From assembly GCA_016748015.1 (NCBI GenBank), contig JAAOMT010000514.1, positions 51,866-115,865 on the forward strand: a stretch of DNA of 64,000 nucleotides. The letters run 5' to 3'. Every line of letters starts with the position of its first letter. The stretch's first letter is position 1. Source of the DNA: Geosiphon pyriformis uo1. Its lineage: Eukaryota > Fungi > Glomeromycota. The notes below the pieces were generated by a model, which ran no database searches, was not told the origin of the DNA, and was given only the letters and a program-made list of their open reading frames with translations. Shown in pieces: positions 37,717 to 51,724 of this stretch. The translations under genes and the position numbers were made by a program.

Positions 37717-40700
37717 ATGTGCTCTAAAAACTTTAGTTCAGTTTTTCTAAAGAAGCATTTGTCGGGATTAAGTTTTAATCTGAAATTTTGAAGGCATTTG
37801 AACACTTGTTGAAGGTGGAGCAAATGGTTGTCAAATGTTTCTGAGAACATGTTAGTGTTGTCCAGATAAACTACAACTGATTTCCAAAAAATTCCTTTCT
37901 ATACTACATCCATGAGGCATTGAAAAATGGCAGGAGCATTATAAAGTCCAAAAGGCATCACATTAAATTTAAAATTGCTATCTCAAGTAGTAAACACTGT
38001 TTTTTCTTTGGTCTTGGGATCTATTTCAACCTGCCAATAGCTACTGGTTAAGTCTAGCAATAAGAACCATTTCTTTTTTTTTAGATTGTCCAGAATTTTC
38101 TGAATGAGGGGAGTGGAATAACTATCTTCTCACATGATGCTGTTTAGTTTTCTGTAGTCTATGCAGAATTACACTTTTCTGTTTTTTTTGGTGACCAAGA
38201 CTACTGGAGAGAACCAAGGGCTTAATAATTTCTTGATTAAACTGTTATTAAGCATCCGTTGTACTTATTGTTTAATTAAGTTATTGCCAGATAAGGATAC
38301 TCAGTAAGCTTGTTGCTTGATAGGTCGAGCATTTCCTGTATCAATTTGGTGTTTTACAATGTTAGTACGTCCAAACTCATTTTCACTGGCAAAGACATTA
38401 GCATACTAATTCAAAAAGAGTTGCATTTGTTGTAGGGTACTTAAGTTTCCTAAATTTAATTTATTGATCTCCTCTGATGTGAATAGATAACTTTCTTTTG
38501 GCAAATTCCATACTTGTAATGTAATGTCACAGAATAAGAACAATTGTGTGAAATCTGGAATAGACTGGGGTTTTTCAGGATTCTGAATATCTGTGGATAT
38601 AGAACTGATAAGAGTTCCCTCAGGAATTTCTATTACATTTTTGGTTGGATTGTGAATGGAGATTTTGAAGTGTTTATAAGCCTTTGCTAATAGATACAAG
38701 TTAGTAATGTCAGCTAGAAAGCAAATTTCAGGATTGGCTTCAAATAGCAGAACTTGGTCTTAAATTTTCTGATTTACTTTGAGGATATATTGTTAATAGG
38801 AAGAGATGGAAATGACAGTGTCAGTGTAGATAAGTTCTATTTGGTCACTGTTTTCTTTTGCAAGATTGACTGGTATGTTTTTTTTTCCACTTGATCCGAA
38901 CCCATTAATTTCTTGGGCAGTGAAGCCTAACTTTTCACAAGTAGTAATTGGAGCTAATTGTGGTATTTTTACCAAAGGCAGGAAGATAGCTTGAATTATT
39001 TTGTCATGTAATTCTATTTTGTAGGATCTATCTGAATTGTTTTGTAGCATCACAATAATATTTTTAGTATACTCAGCATCGATAATTTCTCCTTTTACAT
39101 TGATATCTTTTTTTGCAAGGCTAAATCTAAATGCTACTTGTATCATAGTATTAACTAGAATTTCTAATGCTATTTTGAAATCTATGCTTACTAGGGAATG
39201 TGGGGCTATAATTAGGGGTGATTATTTAGAGTATTGTAAATCGAAACCAGCATTAGTGTTATGTGCTTTTTTGGAGCAGATTCTTTCATTATTATTGCTA
39301 TACCATTTCAATTCTAATTCCTTGGAGAGATCGGAATATGCAAGATATTGTTTTGTTTCAGTAGTCTTGTTTGGCTCTTAAAACAACATGTTCTTAACTA
39401 TTAATTTGGCTTCTTCTTTAGACTCTGGTAGTTTGTTAATAGAGTATAAGATTCTTGGCAGTGAATTGAACATGAAGTCACATTTGTCACAGTACTGAAA
39501 ATGGCAAGAGATTAGACAATGATCACATAGTTTTGTGTTTAGGTCAGCTAGTCTCTGTTTCTGTTCTTTTCAAATTGGGGCCAATTCTTGATAATGATCC
39601 TGAAATGTGTCTGAATTATCAGTGAAAAAATCTTTGGTAATGTAATCAGGTCCATTGTATTCAGGTACAAACAGATTTTCTTTGATTTCTCGGATTTCAC
39701 TGAGTGTGGCACCTTTGGCTTTGGCACTTGTCATTCTCCATATTTCGTGTTCATTGTGTGGGTACTCGTCCAATCAATTGAGTGCTTGTTTCTAGACATC
39801 TTCAATTAGGGTTCCCTTTCATACCCAATTATTGATCAAAATAGTATATTGACACACTTTGTCACATGTCTCTTCTCTGCCAGGTACATCATTCCAGAAT
39901 CTTTCATCAAATAGAATCTCACCACAGGCAAAACATGGTGTATTGTCCCATTTATCTTGTTATTTTGGTCACCCAAATCTTTCCAACACACAAGATCTAC
40001 AATAATATTTGGTGGTGGTTGGTTATTTTTTATCATCTCTGATACATGTACCCATCAAAGATAGCTTCTTTCCACAATTGATACAGATTAGCTTTGGAGG
40101 TTGATAAAATAGGTTTTTTTGATTGCTAGTTGAGTAGCCCCATGGTGGAGGTTTTTCTTCAGCTCTTCCTTTTCTTTTTTCTTCCCAGATTGGTAGTGGT
40201 GATAACTCCATTCAGAAATCATCTGCCCAGGAAACTTGATAAGTTTCTATAATTAGTGGAGGTATTATGTCCTTAAATTTGATCAGCAGTGGTTCTATGT
40301 CTTGATTTTTGAAATATCCACACATAGTAAAAACTTGGACATGCTGTCCATTGAACATGATTTGGAGCTTTTGAGTGTTCCAATTAAGAATGGCATTGGC
40401 TTTTGATAATCAATCATTTCCTATAAGGGCTTGATATTGAGTCACTTTCATAACAAGCACTTTTGTAGGGATTTGAATTCCATTGATTTTGAAAGGGAAG
40501 TTGTTAATTTTGCCTATTAGAGTTTTTGTGTTTCCGTCAGCAGTAATTATCTTAGCAGTAGCAGCATGATTCATTCAGTAACTTAGTTGATTCATAAGTT
40601 GTTTCGTGATTATACTGCCTGTGGATCCATTGTCAAGAATTAGCTTAATGTCTAAAGTTCTGACTTTAGCATCAGCATACATAGCCATTATTGGTTTGTT

Positions 40701-42880
40701 TGGGTTGATGGCGGCTCTATTAAAAAGGTTGGTTGTTTTCAGGCTGTCAATGTTGAAGGGAAATATAGCAGCCAGGGTTGTGTCTTCTATAATGGTAGTG
40801 GGTAGAATGTTATTAGTAGTCAGAGGTTGATTTACAGATGAAGGGTTGGACACTTTGCTTACATTTCTTCCTTCAGCAAATGTAGTGTTACAAAATCCTG
40901 AATTTCTATAAAACCAAAGTATGAGACCTGATTGGGGTATCTGGTTGGTGCAAGTTAAAAGGAAGTATTGTCCCGATTTATTGGTTGAGACGGTCCACTC
41001 AAAGGTTGGGTTTGGTTTCCACTGCTGTTTTACCAGCTTTGGCTGTAATCTATTGCACGAGACCTAGACTGGTTATATACAGGGTTTTGATACTGAGATG
41101 CTGATTGAGCCAGCAATGGCGGGAGTTGATAATAGCTTGGAAGCAGTTGGGGTGAGTATTAATTTTGGTATTGAGGAGCATGATATGGAGGTCCTGTGGT
41201 GGAGAGGTATCATGCTTAATATTGATACAGGCTTCCTTAATTCTGATTGGCTGCTTTTTTTTGACAGTTCCATACAACATGGCCCAGTTTCTAACAGTAA
41301 TAACAATTACAGGGGTCGGATTTCCAAGATTGTTGTCATTGTTATCGACTCTGTTACTGTTAGTATTAGTTATTGTTGTCGTTGTCTCTTTATTGGAATG
41401 ACTGATAGGTTCTGGTCATATTGGCCAGGAATCTCTTAATTTTCTGAATTAATTTCTCACTTAATTGAGTTATTTTTGCATCAATATTGGATGTCTCATT
41501 GATAACCAAGTTGATGACTTGAGTATGATTGGCTTCTTGTTCCATGAACTCGAAATCACAGGCAAGGATAACTGCTTTGTGTAGGTCTGCTGGGTGGCAG
41601 AATCTCACTGATCATAAGATGCTACTTCTTAACCCTTTAATGAATTGATTAAGAATTTGCACTGCTGTGTAGTAGTCTCTTTCAATGGCCTGTATTTGAC
41701 AAAGAGTTTGATTGAATTGTCCAAAATAAGTGGTTACTGCTTTGTGATCTTTTTGTTTAATTATGCTGAATTGATTCTGCAATCTGATTAAAGTATTAGG
41801 GTCACAAAAATATCATAGAAAGACTAGCTTGAAAGTGGCAAAGTTGGTTGGTTTTTCTGCCAAACTTTGATACCATGAATCTGCAGTTCCAGTTAAAAAG
41901 AATGGCAGTGCTTGGATAGCTCTGTCATCATCTCAGTTGTTGGTAGTAATTGCTTTCTTGGCTTCCACAATCCACAAGTATGCATTGTTTTCTTCACCAA
42001 AGAATTTTTCTAGCTTGGTAATATCTTTGTAAGCCATGATTTAGTTGATGGGTAGAAGATTTGAGGGGATTGGTGTCTGTGTGTTAGAGAGTTTTCCTGG
42101 CATTAGCTCTGGTTGTTTTTTTTTGTCATTAGAACCAATAGGTTGTAAAATAGTGGCTTTTTCTATAAGGGAAGATACTGTGCCTGATGAGATTTGTTCT
42201 GTTAATAGTTCTCAAGTTGACGTGTTCTTGTCTGTTTTATTAATTGTGGGGGTCAGATTTCCAAACAATAACCCATATTCTTCTAGAGATTTGGTTCAAC
42301 TGTGGTGTTCCCAAGAGTATAGATTTCCAGAAGTTCGTGGTGTTTCTGACTGGGTTTCTGGGGGGGTTGAATACAATTCTACTTTGGAGTGTCTAATGGT
42401 ATGATGGAGTTGTTAGGGAAAGGAATCTTGGTTTCTTGTTAACTATGGATTGAGCTTGTTTCCTTCCAGTTTTTGAATTGAATCCAGACTTGTTTTTTTC
42501 AGAGTCTAATTCCTCTGGTTGGTTTACTTGAGGAAAACGTTTTTTCACATAATGTTTAATGTCTGTATCAATTATGTAAAGGGTTTCAGCAATGACGCGG
42601 GCTGTGGTGTTTGTCAAGTATCCTAATAATTTGTGGTGAATCTGTTTACCAAGTTTTTTTGTATCCATTGATCAACCTAGCAAACAGTCAATTTTCACAT
42701 TGATGTAATTACAAAAGTCACTTTCTGCAGTAACAGTTTTGGCTGGTATTCTTAAGTCTTCTTGTAAATATTGAAATAATGCTCTTCCATACAGGAAGTG
42801 GTTCTTTTCTACTGTTCCAATAATTGCCACTTTTGTGAATGTCTGGAGTGCTCTGTCTCTGTGGATTTTATGATCTTATA
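37717..42880 (-). pseudogene. gag, PR, Cys-rich domain, dUTPase and RT N-half of element B
   Basis: MAYKDITKLEKF capsid start at ~42038; CYYC*KLGHVVWNC; LILDNGSTGS; GEIIDAEYT...GFGSSG; VVVYLDNT. Confidence 0.9.
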
Positions 42881-42890
42881 GGGAGCACCA
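42881..42890 (-). promoter_or_regulatory. Primer-binding site of B (TGGTGCTCCC)
   Basis: Plus strand gggagcacca, 2 nt from the LTR end at 42893. Confidence 0.85.
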
Positions 42891-42892
42891 AA

Positions 42893-43959
42893 TGTTATAA
42901 ATAAACTTGGTAGCATATAGCAGTAATGTTTGGTGCTCTAATTTGTTATAGTGTTTCTTTAGTTTTATTGTCACATCCGTGTAACTAGTTTTGGCGTTAT
43001 TAGTCTTGGTATTATCAGTCTCTGAAAGTCTATTCCAGCATGTGAATTTACTTGTTGAGTTCTTTAATTATAAAGCACAGAGTATTATAACATTGTCAAA
43101 TGCAACGTTTTTAGAGGTGAACTTTCTTCTCCGAGTTAACAAGCACAGTTGTTAGGATCTGGCATTGTCTTTTTACTCTTCTGGTAAGCTAACAAGATAA
43201 AGTTAATATCCAAAACCTAGGGGGAGCTTCCTTCTTTTACCAGGCTATTACAAAGTCTATTTCCAGACAGTTAATTTTATTATGTTGTTGCTCCACAAAG
43301 AAAAAATAAAGAAAAAAAAAAATACAGAAAAGAAAAAGAAAAATAAAGAAAAGAAAATAAAATTAGTATTGTCAATTGCCGTGATTAAGAGTAATTGGTC
43401 CAAGTCATTAATGAGTTGAGACGGTTATGCTAAAAACATCTGGCTCAGGATGAAAGTATGTAACAATAATTAGTACTATTAGCAGTAGGTAAGTTTAAAG
43501 ACCATGTGTCTTGAGATTTGGATTGTTATATTATAAATTTTATTTTGATTGGTAAAAGTGGATAGTAAATGAGATAAAAAGGTAAGATGATTGATTTTTA
43601 TTTAGCTGTCTATTTTTTTCTAACTTCTACAACTACTCATTTTTATACATTCTTTTGGTTTTATAGAACTGCTTCCAATTGTTACATTATCACTAGCTAT
43701 TGCTTTATTATTTCTGTTATTGCTTTATTATTCTATGTTATTGCTAGATATTTTGTATTATAACACATTATCTGGCATTATTAAATGTTATTCTGTATTA
43801 TTCTATGTTATAATACATTATTCCATACTATTTTGTGTTATCCTACATTACAACATATTATTTCATGTTATTGCACATTATCCTGTATTATGTCACATTT
43901 GTTTATGTTTTGGTTACGTTTTTCTCATAATTTGGATTGGTTTTTCTACTCAGGTAATA
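42893..43959 (-). repeat. 5' LTR of element B
   Basis: TGTTA...TAATA (decayed TAACA); repeat of 24817-25803; ~20-bp U3 tandem repeats at ~43680-43900. Confidence 0.9.
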
Positions 43960-44693
43960 TTGGCTTCCTGTGGCTGTTCAGAAACACCTTTATAATAAAT
44001 GTTATTCTAGTGTTTTATGTTTATATTGTGATAAAATAGAGGTGTCTGATCATGTGTTTTCTTGTGTGGTTGACATTTCTGCTCATTGTCAGATTTTGGA
44101 CTTCTGTGCATCTTTTGGAAGGTGCTTTCTGGTCTCTTTATTCCTTTTTTAAATATGTTGTAGCTGCTGTCAACTTGTGCTTTAGATTTTTTGGTGTCCT
44201 TAGTTCTTTACAAGAGTTTTGTTTTTAATAGATGGCTTCAGGAGGCTATTTCCATCTTTCATGATCCCAAAATTGCTGATGTCAAAATTATTGATTTCAT
44301 GTGCTCTCTTTGTTTCACTTTTAGGAACAATATTTGGTTGGTTCATGTTAAGCATCATGTCTTTATGAAAAAGAATAGTCTGATTCCTAGGGACGGCTCA
44401 GCTCTCATCTTGGTTCCTGGTCTGGCTTCAGTGTTTTTGGCTGGTGTGGTTAAACTGCTTGGCATTACAGAGACTTTTGGTGTTTGTTTTAGTTTTCGCA
44501 GATTCTGGTTGTTTTTTTCAGATATTGGTAACTCGGTTTCTGTTAATATAATTGTGTAGTATTGTCTTAACTGGCTTGAGTGGCTAGTCATGTGTAGAAA
44601 ATGCATGATTCATGTTTAATTTAGATCATTTCTTTGATGTATAGTTCTGAATGGTGTTTGGATTTTATTCGTTAAATAAAAAAATAAAAAAAA
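43960..44693 (+). mobile_element. 3' end of LINE I (C-terminal zinc finger, 3' UTR, A-rich tail)
   Basis: LPVAVQKHLYNKCYSSVLCLYCDKIEVSDHVFSC; ORF 44191-44559 is homologous to LINE G 45346-45894; A-rich tail at 44674-44693. Confidence 0.88.
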
Positions 44694-45345
44694 TGTTATT
44701 AATATTAATTAAACTATAAATTATTTTTTTAATTCTTAAATGTATATTTTTTTTTTAATATAATTAATATTTATTTTGAAATTAAGCAGTTTTTAATACT
44801 TTTGTATTTAAACTTGGTTTGTTTTTACTTAATATTTATAATTAATAAGATGAATTAATACTATATATTTATAGTATAATATTTAAATTTTTATATAAGC
44901 TTTGATTTTATTAGTTAATATAAAATCAATTTGTAAACATATTTAATAAAAATTATATAAAGATTGTTTTTTGTTGCTGTTTAACAATAGTTATATAATA
45001 AGCAATATTTTAAGATAATTTGTTTATACTATAATAATATTAAATTTTTAAATCATATTTTTACATATAAGTTAAATATTAATATATACTTAAATATATT
45101 AAATAATATATTTAATTTTTGAGTTTTTATTTTTAATATATTGTTTTTATTATTATTAATATTATATTTGCTTAATTTTAATACTTTAATAATTTATTAT
45201 ATACTATAATATTTTATTATTATTATTATTTAATGAGTAAGGTTCAAACACAGCCTAGTTTTATACATTAAAAAAATGATCTATACTAGGTGTGAATCAT
45301 GTTTTTTCTATATGTAACCAGTCACTTAGGCTAATCAGAACAACA

Positions 45346-48300
45346 CTATGCAGTTATACAAACTGAAACTGAATTACTTATTCCAGAAAAAAACAAACAA
45401 GATTTGTAAAATACAAAATATACACCAAAAGCTTTAACTATGTTAAGCATCTTAACCACACTAGCAAAAAACCCTGAAGTCAAACCAAAGACCAATATAA
45501 GAGCTGAATTATCAAAAGAAATCAAGCCATTTTTTTCCATATATGCCTGATGTTGAGCATGAACCAACCAGACATTATCCCTAAAATCAAGACTAAGAGA
45601 ACACACAAACTCAACAATCTTATGACAAGCAACTTTGGGATCATGAAAAATAGAAATAGTCTTACAAAACCAATCATCAAAAACACAACCCTTAAAAAGA
45701 GCCATAGACAAAGAAGAATCAGAAACACAGGTCGACAACAACTGGAGCACACCCGAAGAAAAATAGGAGAGACCCAAAAGTGACTTCCAAGAATTCACAT
45801 GGGATTTCAGTATTTGATGCCAAGTAGGCTCATCAACTTTGCAAAAAAACACATGATCTGATACTTTTATCTCATTATAGTACAAACACAGCACATTGGG
45901 ATAACATTTATTATAAAGGCACTTTCAAACAGCCACAGACAACTGACAATACAGAGCTTTCATAAAATAAGTGTGCATATTGGCCAAGGCTTTGCTGGTA
46001 TAACCAGCAGCCATATGCAAATCAGGATGCCACACCAGCAAAGACCAGTGCCAATTAATCTCAGAAAGCAAACCATAAGGCAAAAACTTTAAACCAGAAC
46101 CAACTTTCCAATATGCACAACAGACAGAATGATAAATATTATAAACAAAATGTCTATAATTGCCAGAAATAATACTGTCATCAGCCACCAAAAAATGTTC
46201 ATTCAGATGAGGTGGAAAAAACCAACCAGAAATAGACATGTCACCAGTAAGTAAATCAGCACAGTCATTTCCCGGGACACCAGAGTGACTTTTTACCTTG
46301 TGCCAACTAATACTCAAATTTTTACCATGAATAATATTAACCATATGATAATGTTTGACCCAACACTAATTATGAAAATTGGAACATGCCAAAACCAATT
46401 CTGATTTGCAAGCATCTAAAGCAGATTGACTATCTGAAAACAAGTGAACAGAACTAGCCAATGTAATAACTTGTATCTCAGCCAAAGTAGATGACATTAA
46501 ACCCAATACTCCAATGCCCAAACCCAAATCAATGTCTTCAAAATAAACAGTAGCACTGGCCCTACAGTCAACTGTGCCCAAACCTCTTAGAAACCCATCT
46601 GTATATACAGATAAACTACCAGTACCAACCCAAGATAGATGATCACATACAGACATAAAACTACTAAAGCCAAGAATGTTCAGAGAACCAATACCACTTG
46701 ACACTAAGAAAAGAGTTGAAAACAAATCTGCATTATTGAGAAATACAGTGGAGAGTTTGAATCACTCAGGAACAGGCCCATGGGGGTCTAGCCTCTTCCA
46801 CTACTTAAATGTGTACCAATCAAAGACAGTGCCATGACAATTATGAAGTTGGTCCACAAATGCAATACCATATCATCGAAGAAAAGGAAGAAACTTAAAA
46901 AACATTGACTTACCAAGGACAACAGACATGGGAATCCCACCACAACCATAAAAAGAATTGGCCAGAGAGCCACCAATAGACAGACTGCAATCACAAAGAA
47001 CACAAACCATGCCCACTAAGAAATTATTAGAAGTACCAATACAAATGCGAACTAGAGAACATAGAGAATAAACAAAATGCCAACAAAGTATTTGCAAATC
47101 ATGAGACCTGTGAGAAAATAAATAATCCAGAATCCCATCAGAGTTTGCAAAGCTAATAAGAGAGATGCTCTTACTCTCAGATTGAATTTGCACAAAGAAT
47201 TTTAAATCATAAAAAGAGAGATGATGAATTGTGTCACTTAAAAAGTCAAGAGACAGGCCAGACTTGATCTTTAGCTTCTTATGAATCAGAGCATCCCACT
47301 TGTTGCATACACTAACCAGAACAAAACTAAACTGCATTCTATAACTTACTATAAGATGAAGTACTACTAACACCAAATATAAAAACTGCTTACCTGAGAC
47401 CATCTTTCTTAGAACCAAGTTGATAAAAAAGCAAACATCTGAATTTGTCTTAGCCAAATTAGGCTTCAAAAGACCTTTAGTCAAAAGAAAAATACCCAAG
47501 TACTAATGAGATTTATCTTTTTTAGTAATAGAGATAGGTGCACTACTGATAGAGAGAAAAGAAATGCTAACTCTATTATTAATAGAAATAGCCACTGTTT
47601 TGTCATTATTAATTAAAATGTCATTAATTTGAAAGAAATCACTTGCAATATTAAGAATATGCTGAGTAGCACTTTGATTGCTACCAATCCAAATTGTATC
47701 ATTGACAAAGACACCAGCAACAAAAAAAGAAGAAAGCCCAGCCTGAGATTCAGCATGACCACTCTTGGAAACAAAATAAAAATTCAGTCTATACTCACAT
47801 ACACTCTCTTAATGCTTAACTTTACACAACAAAGGGTCATAAAATATGTGCCACAGAAGAGGGAAAAAAACTTCTCCCTAGTCTAAACTATCATATACAT
47901 GATAATCACTTGTTAAACCAAAATCTGTCATAACCCTGTTGGTACGATTTTTATGAATATTACCAAAGAATTAAACAAATTTGCTGTACATCTTAATCCT
48001 GACCAAACTTTTCTCAAAATGTTCCCAGCTGACCAAATCATATGCTTTTCACATGTTCTACAGAACTAGCTAAATCTTTCTGTTCTTCTCCAAAGTATCC
48101 TCAATAACCGAACTGATTGCAAAAATGAGAGACTGAGTTGACATGCCCTTTAAAACTGAAAAATTGTTCCCACAAAGAACATCAAAAGTGTTACATGTCA
48201 AAGAAATCCTATTAGAGAGAATCTTGGAAAGAATCTTGTAAGCTGTCTTAATTAAAGCAATAGGATAGATATTCATTAGAACACCCTCCCAGTTGTAAGG

Positions 48301-50012
48301 CTTAGGAATCATCAAGATCCAAGCCTCTTTCTAAGAACTAAACACAGATTCACAAACTAAACAAGAGTTCAAAAGCACCAAAAGCAGATTAAGAACTGAT
48401 TTATCACAATGCTTCTATAGTTCATTTGAAATACTCGAGAGGCCAGCAGCTTTGCTATTAGGCAAATTAGAAACCACTTCATATAATTCATCAAATCCAA
48501 TTAAACACATCACACCAGAAAAAGCTTCATCGAAAACATACTCCAAAGATTAATATTAACAGCTCCAATTATTGGCAATATCATTGACTACTTGATGTTT
48601 TTTAGTTTAATCCTCTATAATTGTATCTACTTTAGACTTAACCAACTCAGACTCTAAGACCAACTTTTTATCCACAACTAAATAATCCAACACCACTTTA
48701 CAAAAGGGATGCTCTAGTATACTTTTAATGATATGATCTTTGTCTAATTCAAAATTCTTTATTCTTTTACAAATCGCCTGTTTGATACAAAACTCCTCAG
48801 CATGTTTCAATTCAAATAATTTGGAAGAGTGATAAAATTTTTTTGCTTTAGTCAGCTCAGAACAAACAGCATCAAAACTAGAACCAGAAATAAAAAGAAA
48901 TTTCACTCCCACCACATTATCATTATCAAGTCTATCCCAAGTTTTTAATAATAAAGCAAAATTTTTACTAGAAACTAAACAAGAAGCCTTTGCTAACTTT
49001 GATACCAACAACTCAAGTTTATAAAACCTAGAAGATTTTTTGGTAAAAACTTCATTGAAACTCTTGAACTATTTTTTACTGAAAGTACCATTGGCTAAAA
49101 AAACCAATATCTTGCAAACAATGGCCCATATTGCATCCAGATCCGAAAATGTTACAGCCTTAGCAAACTCATTCAAGAACATAGTGGTATTAGCTGCCAT
49201 GGCATTTTTAAACTCACATCATTTTGCAACATTGGCATTTTTAACATCAAATTTCCAACTATTATAATAACTTGCTTTCAAAGTGAAAACAATTGCACAT
49301 CTAACAAACTGCCAAAACCCACAGAGACAGCAATAGTTTTGTGATCAGTATCAAAATAGTTCACAACATCAGTAATACTGTAGCTCACTATTAAGTTGAC
49401 CAAGTTAGAAGAAATGAACAAGCAATCAATCACTCTGGTGACACTACGAGAATTGCACCATGTCAGCATTTTGGCTACTGAGCCCTCACCCAAAAAGTTA
49501 ATCAAACCCAAATCAAAGTACTTATTGTAACTAGCACATCTATGAAAACTATTTTCATTGAATTCACTATCAAAGATAATAAAAGAAGATTTGTTCACAG
49601 CTTTAGTAATAAGAGAATTGATCTTACCAGCTTGGGAGAAATAAACTGTGGAAGAGGCACCAGTGTAGAGCCCCAAAATTAAAACAGAAAGTTTATTTTT
49701 GAAAAGCAATTTAATAAAGAGGAGTCAACCAGGTATCTCAGAAACTTTATACACATATTTGGCTAAAAAATTTTCTATAATCACAGCAACACCTGAACCC
49801 AAATAACCAGAGTTTATACCTAAAATAAACACATGAACACCACTAAATCTGTCAACAATCTATGGATAGACTTTTTCTCTCAGCTTTGTTTCCATAAAAA
49901 TTGAAACCAGATTATTTATGTTCTTATATTAATGCATAATATCTTCTTGTTTAACTAGATTGTTCATACCCTAGACATTGCACATAACAATCTTCCAAAC
50001 TAGACTATTTAT
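45346..50012 (-). pseudogene. LINE G ORF2: APE endonuclease, RT, RNase H, C-terminal zinc finger
   Basis: WKIVMCNV*GMN and DTDH (APE); IPKPYNW...PIALIKTAYKILSKIL, KAYDLV, GEVFFPLL, FVND (RT); VYTDG, LAEIQ, FSDSQSALD, KVKSHSGVPGNDCAD (RNase H); CLY...DHVFFC. Confidence 0.92.
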
Positions 50013-50690
50013 TGAGAAAAAAGATTGGAAAATGCATTACCAGCCAAAATTGAATCATCAAATCTTGCTATTAGACTCAAAACCAAAGCAGAAAGCCCTT
50101 TCAGTATGATTTCTAGTCTTTTTACTTTAGGAGATGCAAAAGAAACTAATTTCACAGCAGTCTCACCACCAGTGTTCCCACTCAACTCTTTCTTATCACT
50201 ACATTACTCACTTGATCCTATAATAGGGGGGTTACTGGCAGCTAACATTCAGGGCTAGGCTGGAAAACTGCTGGCATGAGTGAATCCAATCTCTTAGCCA
50301 ACTCACTAATTTGTTTTGTGAGGCTGGTAAGACTATTTTCCAAAATAGCAAACCTTTTTTCAATATCAATTATAACAGACAGAGTAGACTTCATCTCCAA
50401 AAAGAAACCAGAATCGACCAAACTACTATGCACAGAAAAAGGAGGAAACAAAAATCTACCTGCAATCTTTGCCTAAGACACTTTACCAAAAACGATAGAA
50501 TGAGCAACAGGAACTGAACATTTAGAATAAATGTTAACCAGTCTGCTTTTATCCAAGTTTGAAAGTATTCTATGAGAAGATCTTCCAAAGAAAAAATTCT
50601 TACCCACAAAACAGCTCAATGATGTATAATCCACTTTCTTACACTTAGCACATTTAGAAAAACCCAAATAAGACCAGTGCAGATTCATGT
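50009..50690 (-). pseudogene. LINE G ORF1 C-terminal part (degenerate zinc knuckle, coiled coil)
   Basis: CAKCKKVDYTSLSC; IEKRFAILENSLTSLTKQISELAKRLDSL heptads. Confidence 0.75.
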
Positions 50691-51679
50691 TGTTACCAGA
50701 CAAAATTAGAGATATTATTTAGCATAAAATTATTTTTATAATTCTTATCATTAATTAGCATATATTATTGTTTCAAATTATCACTTATTACATTAGCAAA
50801 ATGTCCGAAATTATCATTTAATTAATAACCCAATTTGTACATAACACAGATATAACCTAATTGCAATGATCAATCATGCAATATCCCGAAATATGTAACA
50901 TTCAAAAGTTCACTGAAATTTGTAGAAATTTGCCGAAATAATTGATAGTTCACCAAAATATCTAATAGTTCACAGAAATAACTTGTAGTTTACCAAAATA
51001 TATCTTTAGTTCAGCAAAATTGTAGAAAAGAACAAAGTTCAAGTTCATAGAATAGTGTTATGACAAGTTGTATAAAAAAAGAGCTTCTCTCTTCGAAAAA
51101 ATGTATCTTACTTTAAATTTATTACTTAGAACCATTTCTACACACACAAAAAAAAATAAAATATCAAATAATTTGAAAAACCAATTTCTTTAAAATATTG
51201 CACTTGGAAAATCTCCAAAAAAAAACCCAACTAACGTTTTGAAATTGATTAGCTACCAATTTCAGTAAACTGTTAGTGACTCCAGACCTGAATAGAAAAC
51301 GTTTCTCTTAACAGAATTCTATTTCTTTTACATTTCTTTTATTTTCTTTCTTTTATTTTCTTATTATAATCATTAGGGTAGTCTACAGATGAAATTTCTA
51401 TAGAAGAGTTGACTTTCACAGCAAAGTAACTACACATTTTTAGTGAGCTTCTAAACAAGCAATTCCTAAAAAAGAGTTGACATTTACTACAACATAACTA
51501 CACAAAGCAACTGGCATGGAATTGGCCATTTCACTTATAAGCCCAGCAGTTCAAATTATAGGAAATAATTTAAAGATAAATTCAGTTACTGGAGGTTCAA
51601 CTACTTCCTGGAAACGTGAATTCACAGCAAATCAACATCAACAACATTCAAGAAAAAAGACCAAAAACCTCCGGTAACA
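50691..51679 (+). repeat. 5' LTR of element F
   Basis: TGTTACCAG...CCGGTAACA. Confidence 0.97.
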
Positions 51680-51681
51680 TT

Positions 51682-51691
51682 TGGTGCTCTT
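51682..51691 (+). promoter_or_regulatory. Primer-binding site of F (TGGTGCTCTT)
   Basis: Same position and sequence as the PBS of A. Confidence 0.85.
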
Positions 51692-51724
51692 CCACGGAAA
51701 TAACACAGCAACAACAAATTCAAA

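Larger units (their letters stand above)
24817..43959 (-). mobile_element. Ty3/Gypsy element B (contains nested element A)
   Basis: LTRs 24817-25803 (missing ~80 terminal bp) and 42893-43959; PBS 42881-42890; PPT at ~25804-25820. The RT motif FLEH|VIRKD is split by A and rejoins in frame. Confidence 0.92.
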
